Part shown: piece after piece, positions 45,637 to 57,252 of the stretch | How the letters are laid out: every line of letters begins with the position of its first letter | Position numbering within the stretch: the stretch's first letter is position 1 | DNA from: Flectonema sp. DT1601 | Lineage: Eukaryota | Assembly (NCBI GenBank): GCA_964019425.1 | Contig: OZ025782.1 | Coordinates: 310,001 to 374,000, forward strand | DNA length: 64,000 nt | Direction of reading: 5' to 3' | Translations under genes and position numbers: made by a program | Notes under the pieces: model-generated | What the model was told of the DNA's origin: nothing | Database searches by the model: none | Seen by the model: the letters and a program-made list of their open reading frames with translations, nothing else

Positions 45637-47922
45637 TCAGGGTGTGATAACCGCCATCGATCTTTGTTTATGCCATTCAGGGGATATAAGACTGCTGGGA
45701 ACAGTAGCTCGCAGCATATAGTCAGGGATTCGGTTCCATTGTGAAACAATAGACGTGCTTACGTATGACACTATGAAGTCTTCAGGTGTAGTCTTAGTAA
45801 ATTCCAATGCGTCAATTACAACTTTATCAACGGGATTCGACTTACTGTAGTGTGAAGATGATCTCTTTAGGTCCTCATCTCTTATGAGTCTGTCTCCGTT
45901 TAAAATGTTACTTATTATGTCATCAAAAGGAAAGTATCGAAGCTGGCTTCTCATAATCTTCTCAGCTAAATCATCTGTATCCGACACGATGGTTCTCATA
46001 GAAGTAGCCATTTCATACATCCAGGTGTTGTCACCAGGAGGTTCAACTGCTTTGTTTACGGTATCAATATTTTCATCACTTCGATGCAGATCCTCTTCAG
46101 TTCTTATCTCACATATCACCAAGCACTGTCTTTGTTTTCCTCCTTCAGATGAGAACGATGCCGGTACTATCGCTTGTGCGTCTTTCATCATTCCGATCAT
46201 CGGAGCATGGAGGTCGTCTATTCTATGACCATGGCTTTTATTTATCTCGGCAGCTGTACCATTATCAGTTAGTACAACACTCCGAGCGATCATTTTTGCA
46301 ATGTATTGCGCGTAGGCATTGATTGAATACAGTCTTGGGATGATACTCCCGAGAACGACATACGTTTTCGTAGTCGATGATCCGATGTGACCTGTTTTAC
46401 AATTGTCAGCAACAACTGAGATTCCAGTTATGTTTAAAACAGATCGAAGATACATCGCAGCATGACTTGCTTTTTGGATTATTTGCGATCTCGATAACCT
46501 TCCAGTTGACAGTAAATCCCATGTCAACATCATCGTTCCGGGAGTCGCTGTAAACGGATGGACTAAAATACCACCTCCATGAGTACTTCCAGCATGTTCC
46601 ATGATTGTAATGAGGTCTGAATATTGATTTTGCCATTCGTTTATTGTTCTTACTTCGGAAATCATTTGGCGTTCGACTTCTTCAAATCTAATCATAAGGC
46701 AGACAGCCCACGAACTCGGATGTAAGAAGTTTTCAGTTGGATTATGAGGTATTGATATTTCACTAAATCTAGAGCTACTCAACACACTGACAGCTCTAAT
46801 ATGAGGAACGTGATATGGTGAATGGTTTAAATGAGGAGGCATCTCGTCATCGTCATTCTCCGAAAAAAGATCCTCTACGTTAAACAATGACTTCGGCAAA
46901 TACGCTTTAAAATTCTTAAGACTATCTGAAGCGACTACAATCGCACGTAAAACATTACATAACTGACTTGATCCGACATCCGTTTTTGATAAGATTGTGT
47001 CCACCTCTTCGAAATTTAGGGCACCCATAGAGAGAATTGCAGTTATGATCCGATCACTTGGGGCTTTTAGATTGCTCCAGAGGCAGTAACCAACAAAACT
47101 CACAACTATCAAGTAGACAATTGAAAATATAACTGCCAATAACCAAGAGTTGACCGAGTCGTTTGATGAATTCGTCGTCGTCGATAAAATAAAAAACCGA
47201 GACGAAGCAGAATCAATAGTTAAGAATGAATGAATTCTATTTCCATCACCTGCAAAAGTTTTAATCGAATCAAGCCTTTGGAATTTTGAAAATGTTTCTA
47301 TTTCATTATCTGAAAGAACTGATGTCAAATCAGTGACAGAAGTGTTTCCAGTCGATGCCAATTTCAGTGAGGATTCTAAATTGCTATTCCCAAGAATAAC
47401 AGATACCGAAATATCCTTTTGCTTATCTTGAGCAAGCATGCAATAACTTGACCATCGATCCAGTGCAATGTAGGCCGATGATGTTCCTATTGACAATGGA
47501 GGAATGACATATTCCAATAAATCATAGTGTTGGCTGTATGACCCTGAATTAACTATTTTTAATTGTTTTGTTATTCTAGTTTGCGTCGACCAAACTACAA
47601 TAGAACTCGCACCCAACCCAACAAAGACATCCGAAGCACGTAATAGTGACGTTGATATCATTTGAGCGTGAAATGTTTTATTTCCAGTTTCATTACCAAC
47701 CATTGAACTCAGTTCCCACGTAGTTTTTTCACAAGTTCTTAAATCGCTTGAAATTTTTAATGAAACTTCATCGACAGCATGAAGCATTCTCTCTTTCTTA
47801 AAATCGTCTTTGATTTCATCACTATCCTTAAATGTCAATATAATGCTTACTACTGTCGCAACACCTACCAATAACAGTATGGCAATAACCGTAAAAAGCA
47901 ACTTGTTTAATTGGATCGGCAT
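45637..47922 (-). CDS. Two-TM receptor-type protein with degenerate class III nucleotide cyclase-like domain
   Basis: Two TM helices flanking an external domain, HAMP-like linker ending LKNFKAYLP, cyclase-like region (GHIGSSTTKTYVVLG), WMYEM motif. Confidence 0.6.
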   Translation of the reverse strand: MPIQLNKLLFTVIAILLLVGVATVVSIILTFKDSDEIKDDFKKERMLHAVDEVSLKISSDLRTCEKTTWELSSMVGNETGNKTFHAQMISTSLLRASDVFVGLGASSIVVWSTQTRITKQLKIVNSGSYSQHYDLLEYVIPPLSIGTSSAYIALDRWSSYCMLAQDKQKDISVSVILGNSNLESSLKLASTGNTSVTDLTSVLSDNEIETFSKFQRLDSIKTFAGDGNRIHSFLTIDSASSRFFILSTTTNSSNDSVNSWLLAVIFSIVYLIVVSFVGYCLWSNLKAPSDRIITAILSMGALNFEEVDTILSKTDVGSSQLCNVLRAIVVASDSLKNFKAYLPKSLFNVEDLFSENDDDEMPPHLNHSPYHVPHIRAVSVLSSSRFSEISIPHNPTENFLHPSSWAVCLMIRFEEVERQMISEVRTINEWQNQYSDLITIMEHAGSTHGGGILVHPFTATPGTMMLTWDLLSTGRLSRSQIIQKASHAAMYLRSVLNITGISVVADNCKTGHIGSSTTKTYVVLGSIIPRLYSINAYAQYIAKMIARSVVLTDNGTAAEINKSHGHRIDDLHAPMIGMMKDAQAIVPASFSSEGGKQRQCLVICEIRTEEDLHRSDENIDTVNKAVEPPGDNTWMYEMATSMRTIVSDTDDLAEKIMRSQLRYFPFDDIISNILNGDRLIRDEDLKRSSSHYSKSNPVDKVVIDALEFTKTTPEDFIVSYVSTSIVSQWNRIPDYMLRATVPSSLISPEWHKQRSMAVITP

Positions 47923-47965
47923 TGTTGTTGTTGTTGTTTTTATGTGTTGGGGGGATAGGTTCTCC

Positions 47966-47997
<32 letters not shown>

Positions 47998-48204
47998 TTG
48001 ATTGCCTGGGGGTGGAGAACCCCCTGATTGATGTGAAATAAGGATAAATAACGACAATGAAAAAAAAGTAAGTTTATTGTTTAAAAAAAAAAAAAAATTA
48101 ACCGTCAACCAATTACAAGACAATTCATCTATGAAAAACCTGTTAAAGAAAATATTGATTATGTCCGACGTGCTGTTTAAGTGGCTGCTATTCCTAAGAT
48201 TTGC

Positions 48205-49416
48205 TCAACTTGCTGTCGTATCATTTATTTGGTCGAATACGTCGCCATCAAGTTTCTTGATATCCAAAGACTTGATAGCAGTAGAAGGTTTCAATAAAGA
48301 AGTTATAAAAGGATTATGTCTTCCTGGAGTGCTAGCAAGACGGGGGTCTTGACTGAGAGCGAGATCGTCAGAATAAGAATCAGATTTCAGAGTATCAGAA
48401 TGAATCGCTCGTTCGATTTGAGTAAATTCAGGAGACTTGGAACTCTTTTCGAATGATGGAACAGCGTCCAGTGATATGTCTATTGCCTGATTGTAAGCTG
48501 TTGCTGTTAAAGAGTCACATGATGAAGCCCATCCAACAGCCAAGTGATACTCAGATGCCGGAACAACTAACAAACACTTTTTATTAACAGTCGCCTTTCG
48601 TCTTCGTATATTGTATATCACTGCTCTCATGTTCAGGTCAGAGAGAAACTCTTGTGGTGTCAGGTAGCTCTTTCGTTTCTGTACATTTGCTTTAAACCAT
48701 TCATTTGAGTATCCCATCCCTTCCGTTGCCAGTTGATTTTCTTGGGAAACTGCATGATCCCACTCTACTTGAAGGGACTTCGACCTCGCCCGTTCTTCAA
48801 AAAGCGTGGGATCGATTCCCGCCCACATCACTTCCATTGACGACAACTGAGCTGCCCATACCGCACGAAAAAAAGGATAATGCAATAAATGACATTTATT
48901 AAAGTTAAATAATTTTCGAGAACGAAGACCAACTGCAGCTGGTTGCCTAATTTGAAGGAGGAGCTTTCTGTCTAACACTCCAGAAAGAGTTGGCTGTGTT
49001 ATGCATTTTTCGAGAAGATCTACCTCAGCTTTAAGTAAAGAAGACTCTGTGGGGTACGATGCACAACAATGATCACGTAGGAAAGCTGTTTTAGAGATGT
49101 GGTCATTCAGTTTACTAAAACCGGTAGGGATGGCCACGCATCCCGGCCGAGTTTTTTTTATGACGTCGACGACGTCCTTTCCGTGTTGTACTAAATTTCT
49201 ATGTACTGGAATAATTTTAAGAATTGATTCTCCGACTTTAAAATCATCTTTTGCGTAGTCTGAGAGACTTTCATGCTTTCGTTGCAGCATCTGTTCGACT
49301 CCCTTATCAAACCCCGGGAGATCAAATGCTTTTCTTACAGGCAACACATCCGCATATTTAACTGTTCGAATCACAAGTTCCGATCTACTAATAGAGACAG
49401 CTGCCAATCTCGACAT
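48205..49416 (-). CDS. Hypothetical protein, possibly divergent TraB/GumN-like
   Basis: 403-aa ORF. VVDVIKKTRPGCVAI, FFRAVWAAQLSSMEVMWAGID and CLLVVPASEYH loosely follow TraB motif spacing. Confidence 0.6.
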   Translation of the reverse strand: MSRLAAVSISRSELVIRTVKYADVLPVRKAFDLPGFDKGVEQMLQRKHESLSDYAKDDFKVGESILKIIPVHRNLVQHGKDVVDVIKKTRPGCVAIPTGFSKLNDHISKTAFLRDHCCASYPTESSLLKAEVDLLEKCITQPTLSGVLDRKLLLQIRQPAAVGLRSRKLFNFNKCHLLHYPFFRAVWAAQLSSMEVMWAGIDPTLFEERARSKSLQVEWDHAVSQENQLATEGMGYSNEWFKANVQKRKSYLTPQEFLSDLNMRAVIYNIRRRKATVNKKCLLVVPASEYHLAVGWASSCDSLTATAYNQAIDISLDAVPSFEKSSKSPEFTQIERAIHSDTLKSDSYSDDLALSQDPRLASTPGRHNPFITSLLKPSTAIKSLDIKKLDGDVFDQINDTTAS

Positions 49417-52140
49417 CTTTCTTGATGCATGTAATCTAGGTTCTTAGTAACTGTTTGATTATTCCTTTTTTATATAAATAAATACAGATAAACACCTCAG
49501 AGCATCGTCTGCTGTTGTGTACTGACAAAATTTAATTTTTTTTTTTTGTCGTGTTCCTCCGCTAATCAAGTTATGAGCGATATTCCTTCCCTTGTTTGCT
49601 ATTTTTTTTTGATGGCTTTTTTTAAAAAAAAAAATAATAAAAAATAATAAATCTTCACGCAACTGAAGGGACGCATAAAAATGAATTCGAATCGATTTAC
49701 GACTTTAAAAAAAAAAAAAAAAAAAAAAAGAGGGGGGAAAAAAAAGGAATCGGCGAACTCCGCTTTTTTTACTCACACTCTTGTTTTCTTTGGCGCAATC
49801 GTTAACAAAATCCTAACAAAGGAATAGGTTTGGTTACGCTGCCACAATTCTCTTTTTTTTTTTTCTACCGAATAGCGGGTTTGTAGGTACAAAATAAAAT
49901 TCGGCAGACCGTTTTCACTTTTTTTTAGTTCTTCCTTTTTTTTACTCACATTTTTTTTGTTTTTTTTTGTTCTTTGTGCGCAACCGGTACGGAACTTTAA
50001 TAAAGGAAAATACGTTGCAACTATTGTTGTTCAACCGAACAACGAACAACAAGATTCGTTTGTTTAAAAATAAAAACAAAAAATGAAGATACATAACTAA
50101 TAACCACCAAAAATTTTTTTTTTTCATTTTTTTTATTTTTTAAAAATAACAGCTTTTAGAAGGGGGAAAGGATTACTCACGAGACTAAAAAACAAAAAAG
50201 AAATTTTTTTTAACGATTATTTGTTATTTTTTTTTTTTTTTTTTTTCCAGATCAACTCACCACGCTACTACTACTATTTTTATTAAGAAAGTGCAGTGGT
50301 ATTTTGTATGCCTAGAAATAAAATAAAATAAATAAATAAATAAAATAACATCGTTTCGCAAGGCATGAAAACAATATTTTTTTTTAAAAAAAAAAAAAAA
50401 AATAGAATAATAGCCAACACATGATGACACAAGATTCTTATTTTTTATTTTCTCTATTATGTCTTTTTTGAGACAAGTCTTCTTAAAATAACCATCACAG
50501 AATAGGTCTTCTCTTGCGGGTGTCTTTTATGCTGCGTATTTTTAAAACTACAATATAACATATTTTTTCTTGATCTTGCAAAATAGCAGGGCCAAGAAAT
50601 ACGTAACCCAAGCAAAAGAAACCATTTCGGGGATTGTTTTTTTTTTTTTTTTTTTTTTTACTTTTCCCCTTTTTTTAGCAGATGCATAACTGCGCAACAC
50701 GTCTAGTCTCAGTGTGTAAGTGAAGCTGCGTGTTGTTGTTTTTTTTTTTTTTTTTTTCTCCACGCCCTACACATTACACATGAGAAGAGACTTGCACAGG
50801 AACCACTGCCGATATTAGTCACAGTAAAACTGTAATTTGGGCCAAGGCCAGTATCAAACAAACAACCCGAAGAGATATCTCTGAGTCAGCTAGGTTGCTT
50901 GCCTGTTGGATTCCACTACCGGAGGGCATTATAGATTGCTGGTAACAAAAAACATTGAGGGGGGAAATTTACTGGACAAAAAAGAAACCAGTTCATTGTA
51001 GCACTGATACTCTCTGCGTTACAGTCAAGGCTACACAGAAATATCAAAGGCTGCAATAGAGAAGAGAAAAGAGAGGAAATTAAAAAATAAAATTAAGGGG
51101 GGAAAAAAACTGATCTAACTACCCGTCTGCACATCAACACAGACAACACAGATGTTAAGTTTTTTTTTTTTTTTTTTTTTTAGTTTTTTTAATAAATACC
51201 TTTTTGACAAACTCCTACTAAGCATAAGTAAAGGGTGCACTATTTATCAACAGAAAGGAAAGAGGGGAAAGAACGAAAAGAAAAAAAAATGGAATAAATT
51301 GCTCCTACTAGTATTTAGCAGAGGAAAACTTAAAAGAAAAAACGTTTTTCCCCTTTAACCAGGAAATGTAAATAGCAAAAAGGGGGGGGGAAATCATCTT
51401 CAGAGGGAGACTGCATAGCATTCTCTAGTCCGAAGTGTAGCATCACGTATAACATAACAGAATAGTTTTTTTTTTTTTTTTTTTTTTTGCGCATATAGAA
51501 AAACTCCTTTCAAATGTTTATTCTCACTACACGGCTGCTCGATAAGGCTCCCTCCCACCTCCCCTCACTGAATTTGTGAGTAAAAAAAAACTGCTTTATT
51601 CTATTAAGAAGCTCTCTCTCTCAGTTTTTAAAAGGGAGAAAATCAACATAGGAGATCAATGTAGGAGATTTTTATATTTTTTTTTTAAAAGAAAAACTTT
51701 TGTGAGAAGATGAACAGACAAAACGAAAAAAAAAAAAAAAAAAAAAAGAGAAAGAGAAAGAGAAAGAGAAAAGAGAAAACAGGGAACGATAACAACAATA
51801 ACAATTGACGGCAATTTTTTTTTAAAAAAAACAAAACAAAAAAATGAAAATTTTAAAATAACATCATAATAAATAGTAATATAAATTTAGCTTTCTTTAA
51901 CAAGAAGTCGGATCACAACATAATTACTCCTTTTTTTTTTTTTTTTTTTCCAAAGAGTATACTAATGTAAAGAAAACACACAACACAACTTAAACAACAC
52001 ACACATGGCAAATTTACGCATTAATTCTATTATTTATTTTTTTTCCAAATTTATTCAGACAGGAGTTTTTAAAGTTAGGGATGACTAGGTTTTTTCGGTA
52101 AACCAGATTGGCATACGTAGATAATGACTGCTTCCTCATA

Positions 52141-52174
<34 letters not shown>

Positions 52175-52212
52175 TATTATTAGAAACAGCTTGTCTCCCA
52201 ATTAGATTTTTT

Positions 52213-52551
52213 ATTTATTTATTTATTTATTTACGAAGCCTAGGAAGCCAAAAGCCAGGAAAAGCTCAACAGGGTAAACAGTTATATCGCTACCAGCAAC
52301 CGTGAGACTCTCACAGACGATAAGAGACGTAGATTTTTTTGGCTCCCCTTGTTGGAAAAGATAAAAGTCGAAAGAACTACAACAAACAAAACAACATACA
52401 CGCCGGCCAATTCAACTAATTTATTTATTTATTACGAAGTCTATTGGAAGCCAAAAAAAAAAAAAATAATGAAAAAAAAAAACTCAAACAGGGTTACAGT
52501 TAGATCGCTACCAACCAACCATGAGACTCTCACAGACGACCAGAGACGTAG
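52213..52551 (-). mobile_element. Two family B copies (52213-52333, 52420-52551)
   Basis: Align with 34852. The first is flanked by tagatttttt at 52203 and 52330. Confidence 0.75.
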
Positions 52552-54390
52552 CAAGTTGGTATTCATAGTTTTCGGTCAATAAGAAAAAAATCAACACTTA
52601 GTTAGTTTGTTGGTTAGTTAGCGAGTTCGACATATTGCCGAGTACCACAGGGAGTACCCAGTGATACGACATTACAACGAACCTCATCCCTGAGAGGAAC
52701 ACTTTTTTTTAAGCTTCTGAGAGACAGTAGAACCTTAAAACAGATGACTATTTAGAACCCGCTGCCCGCAGCGGTATCAATATCTGTCACGAAACACACT
52801 AAAAGTTTTGGGGAGTAAGTTGGCTTAAAAAAATGGGTACACCTAAAGTTGTTTTTTTCAATTTTTTTTTTTTTATAATCGTGTGTACAACCACCAATGC
52901 CAATCAAAGCTTGGGGGAAAAAAAAAGATTTTTTTTTTTTTTTTTTTTTTTTGGGGACGTGTTTTTATGCAAATTGTGGCAGCGTAAACAACCTTTACTG
53001 TGAACATGTTGTTTTCGGTTGCAAATAAAAAAAAAACAAAAGTGCGAGATTCATTTCGTGAGGTGCCGATTTTTTTTTTTTTTTTGATTTTTTTCCCCCT
53101 CCTCTTTCCGGCGAATAGTTATCTAATGAGGAATGGGGAGGATAAGTTTCCGGGAGTTAGATTTTTGCGGTGCTTGTTTTTTTTTCTTTTTTTTTTTTTT
53201 TTTTCCAAATAATGTATTTAAAAAACACGCCTTATGTGCGAGCACAAAATTCGGATTAGCAAAAAAAAAAAAAAAAAAAAAAAAGGTAACTTCGTATCTC
53301 TGACTAATACACTCTTTTTTTCGAAAAAAGAGGGAGAAAAAAAAAAGAAGAAGAAAAAAAAAACAGCTTTCGCATGTTGCCGTAAAACAGCTGGTCTGGT
53401 CTTTTGACTAAATACATAATTAAGCCAACTGTTTCCAAAGACCAGGTCTATAACAATATATTGGTAAGGTACACTTCAACAGCAAGGCGTAATTACACTT
53501 TACCTCACACATGAAAGAAGAGTTGATATCAATTAAGCATCAGTGCTCGTATTAGTATTACTTTTTAAAAAAGGAGAGAAAAGAGCGACAAATCATTGTA
53601 TCGCTTTGATGGTACTGTTTTGTTGGTTGTTTTTTGAAGTAATCCATATACCTCTTTAACCATATTCTTTCATCATCGAACATAAACCAATCGTTGGTGA
53701 TAGAAAAACGATAAAAATATTTTTTATGCTATTTGGTATGAAGCAATATCAGCGGGGGAGTTTCGATAACCCCGCTCGAGTAAGTTAGACTCAATCACAG
53801 AGATCGCGTTTTTTATAGATGGTATTAATAATTATCAGTTCAATCAAAAAAAAAAGCAAAATTTCGTGAGGACAACAAACAAGTTGGGTTTCGGGATACG
53901 TTTTTATAGCTAGATAGATAGATACTGAAGTCTTATACATTGCTTACTGTGCCTCACTGATACAGCAACGAGGCAAAACAGCAACATAATTAGATTCAAT
54001 ATTGTAGGGATCATCGAGAAGAAACAAAAAGAATGAAGTCGATAATTGAATTGAATGCATCAAGTTAGGTGAGGGTTATATAATCCAACGTTGCTGCTTT
54101 GGAAGTAACTCACAGCAACAGAGGACACAATTCGTAGCCATGTTCGAAGACTCAGCACGGATTGTTGATTTAGTCCAACTGAAAGATAAATAAAAACTAA
54201 TCTCCAGCTTTCAATATCGCCAAGCTTAATAAACTTTCAAACTAATTAAAATAATTAGAGTACAGCGTACCACAATAGAACAGAAAAAAACTACTATTTA
54301 ATAAGGCGGATAGTATGTTGGTTTATTAAAGAGGGGAAAAAAAAAAAAAAAAAACATTAAATAAAATCATCCTGTGTTCCATATAATACG

Positions 54391-54456
54391 AGGGGGGTTG
54401 AATGTTTGAATTTGTGAAATACAACTGTTTTGTATCGCGTAACATAGCGATGGTTT
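54391..54456. repeat. Repeat family A copy
   Basis: Aligns with 36712. Confidence 0.85.
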
Positions 54457-54934
54457 GGGTGAAACTTTGACAATGTAAAAACAGTAACAACTTTAGATAT
54501 TAAAGAAAAACAAAATTAATATCAAAGTACTTGACTGAAAAATATTTGTAGTTGTCAATCAAAGAAAAATTACGTTTACAAAAAAAAAAAAAAAAAAAAA
54601 AAAATTCACACAAAAAAAAAAGTTTTCGAGAGAAATGTATATCACAACACCTGGAGTATGTATCCGGATTTAGTTATAAAATTCTTATTAATGTTGCTAA
54701 GAGAAATAGGGGAGGGGTATTGATAAAACGAATTTTGATAGAGGAGGAAACACAACAAATGAATCGAACAAATTGAATGGAATAAGGGTTACTTGTCACA
54801 GCAAATCGAAAGGGGGGTTTTTTTTTATTTTTTTTTGGGAAATAAAACTACTATTCCATTTTAGTGTATGATACGCATGAACACAAACGAATTGTATCGA
54901 CTGTGCAAAAAACGATATAAACTATTTAGTTAGT

Positions 54935-55124
54935 ATCATTAATTTTAGAACAGAAAAGTGAGAATAAGAAAAGTAGAGATCAATAAAAGAAAAGTATTCA
55001 TTTCTGCAGTTTCCTAACATCAAAGGGTAATAGAATATGTAGTTTCAGGCCTTAATCTTATACTACTTGTCCCTTTTTAGGCCTTCATCAGTAAGTTCTA
55101 AGGGACTTCATTCTATGTTGAAGT
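54935..55124 (-). mobile_element. Family D short element, copy D2 (190 bp)
   Basis: 17-bp direct repeat taaactatttagttagt at 54918-54934 and 55125-55141. Confidence 0.85.
55039..55106 (-). ncRNA. Putative permuted hammerhead ribozyme (D2, best copy)
   Basis: RNA: GUCCCUU AGAA CUUA CUGAUGA AGGCCU AAA AAGGGAC AA GUAGU A UAAG AUUA AGGCCU GAA ACUAC. All four helices are perfect Watson-Crick. Predicted cut between 55061 and 55060. Confidence 0.75.
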
Positions 55125-55383
55125 TAAACTATTTAGTTAGTTAGTTAGTCGAGTCCGGTACAATTGAGTACTGGCTAGATAGACAAGACAGGGTGTAACT
55201 ATTACCTGCATAATTTCTTTTCATCAGGGGGAAAAAAAAAAAAAAAGGGGGGAAAAAAATAATTTAGGAATAAAAGAGAAGAAAAAAAAAGAACAAAAGA
55301 AAAAAAAGCCGTCATTATTATTGTTTTTTTTTAAATATCGAAATTCGAAGAAAAGAAAAAAAAAAAAAAAAAAAAAAGCGAGA

Positions 55384-55497
55384 GGGGGATTTGAATGTTT
55401 TTTTTGAATTTGTAAAATACAACTGCTTTGTATCATATTAACATATAAACGATAATTTAACATCTGTTAAGGATACAGTGAACTATGGTGATACTTA
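55384..55497. repeat. Repeat family A copy (diverged)
   Basis: Aligns with 36712. Confidence 0.8.
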
Positions 55498-55738
55498 GTA
55501 GCATCTTGAAGTTAACTATTCAGGTTTCGAGAATAATCCATATACCTCTTAACCTCTATTCCCTCATTATTAGTTTAATGAGGGGGGAAATGTTTTTCTT
55601 TTTTTTTTTTTTTTTGGTTAGCGTCTGTAGAAACAAAAATAAAACTAACCTTCTACGAATCGAGGCTAGGGAAAGAACTACATAGATGAAGAATACAATT
55701 TTTTTTTCACACGTTTTTTTTTTTTTTTTTTTTTTTCC

Positions 55739-55846
55739 CGTTGAACGGAGACAAGAAATCCTGTCGCACGGGGGGAAAAATAAATCATGACCGTAAGAAA
55801 TAACGGCTTTCAATCTGAATAGTTTCTTCTCCGACCACGTAAGGCA
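55739..55846. repeat. Repeat family C copy
   Basis: Aligns with 44130-44257. Confidence 0.85.
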
Positions 55847-55939
55847 CACACAAAAAAAAAAAAAAGAATTGGTAGAATTCGCCTCCTGGGAAATTCATCT
55901 CATGCATGAGACTTATCTCATGCATGAGACTTATCTTGA

Positions 55940-55981
<42 letters not shown>

Positions 55982-56006
55982 ATCATTAAAAATACAATAG
56001 CATTCC

Positions 56007-57011
56007 CTATAAGGTTGGCTCAAAATCTTCCAAAGCCATGACTCCAATCCTACACCTGTTAGTCACAGCTAGGACCCACATCGTTCTCGTAGTGTCATCA
56101 GCAGCAGATAATTGGTAAGTTCGATCAGGAGTGACAATTTCAAACGAAGAATCGTATTCTCTTCTCCTTGAGGATCCACCTAAACTACCACTACTGCTGT
56201 CTTCAAGAGTGTAAAGGGAACAGTTCAAGTCATCAGGGCTGCATACTGCAGTGACTGATGACAATTTTATTACTCCCTTAAGCACATCTTTATCAAAGTA
56301 GTTGATAGAATTCCCATCGTGAGAGAAGCAAAAAACACGACTTTTCCAAGATTGACTGAACTTCTCTCCTCTCTTCTGTAGTTTTGTTGGCGGTGCAGTT
56401 GTAATGTCGTTTTCTTTGAACACGGAAATGAACTTTTCTTTTATCGATTTTTTAACTGCCGCTCTCACATTTTCATCTCCATTATGCCTGCTCACAAAAC
56501 ACAAACAATTAGTAACTGCTACGTTGTGTGTCGCCAACACCACCGACTGGTGAATTGGCATTGTCAGTTGATCCATATCAGCATTATAACTGTCAATGGC
56601 TCTTTTTATAACTGTTTTCGTATTTATTTTTGAATTTACCAACTTCACCGGAGCAGGAGAATTTCTCACGAATTGCAATAACTCAGACAAGACTGATTCT
56701 GAAACTATGTTGGGTTTTGATTCACCAAACTGCTTTACAACTGCGTCTTCAGCTTGTTTTGTTCTATTGAGTTTATTGTATAAATCTAAACAAGGTTTTT
56801 TCATAACTTCATAGTGACATAACAGGATAGCTTTATTTACATCTCTAAAATCTTGAATGTCTTTTATGATTTCACTTACTGCGTCTGGTTGATTGTTATT
56901 CTCAAGTATGTTTGAAGCAACCAGATCAAATTCTGACGTTGACATCGGCATTTGAATTTCGATTAGAAGGGTTCTCGCGCAAGTCAAAGCATTGTATCTT
57001 GCGGTTTGCAT
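56007..57011 (-). CDS. PH-domain protein with helical N-terminal region
   Basis: KLQKRGEKFSQSWKSRVF, FEIVTPDRTYQLSA...MWVLAV are classic PH motifs. Confidence 0.85.
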   Translation of the reverse strand: MQTARYNALTCARTLLIEIQMPMSTSEFDLVASNILENNNQPDAVSEIIKDIQDFRDVNKAILLCHYEVMKKPCLDLYNKLNRTKQAEDAVVKQFGESKPNIVSESVLSELLQFVRNSPAPVKLVNSKINTKTVIKRAIDSYNADMDQLTMPIHQSVVLATHNVAVTNCLCFVSRHNGDENVRAAVKKSIKEKFISVFKENDITTAPPTKLQKRGEKFSQSWKSRVFCFSHDGNSINYFDKDVLKGVIKLSSVTAVCSPDDLNCSLYTLEDSSSGSLGGSSRRREYDSSFEIVTPDRTYQLSAADDTTRTMWVLAVTNRCRIGVMALEDFEPTL

Positions 57012-57252
57012 TATTTATTATTTATTAGTTTGTGTTATCACAAATACCTGATACACATTCTTTTGAGTCGGAAAAGTAAAATAAAATATTAAATACTAAA
57101 CTTTAAAAAGAAAAACATCAACCAAGCTTGAACTTTTTCTTTTTTTTTTTTGTCAATCAAAAAAAAAAAAGTAAAATTTAACAAAACAAGTTGGTTTCAG
57201 GGCTAAGATTAAAAACAGTCTTTCTAGGGGGATATCCTCTTCTTTCAGTTAC

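Noticed and set aside
55039..55115. Reading family D as a conventional type III or type I hammerhead
   Set aside because: The upstream GUC gives a mismatched stem III and no stem I, and there is no UH plus stem I downstream of GAAAC. Only the nested GUA strand completes all stems.
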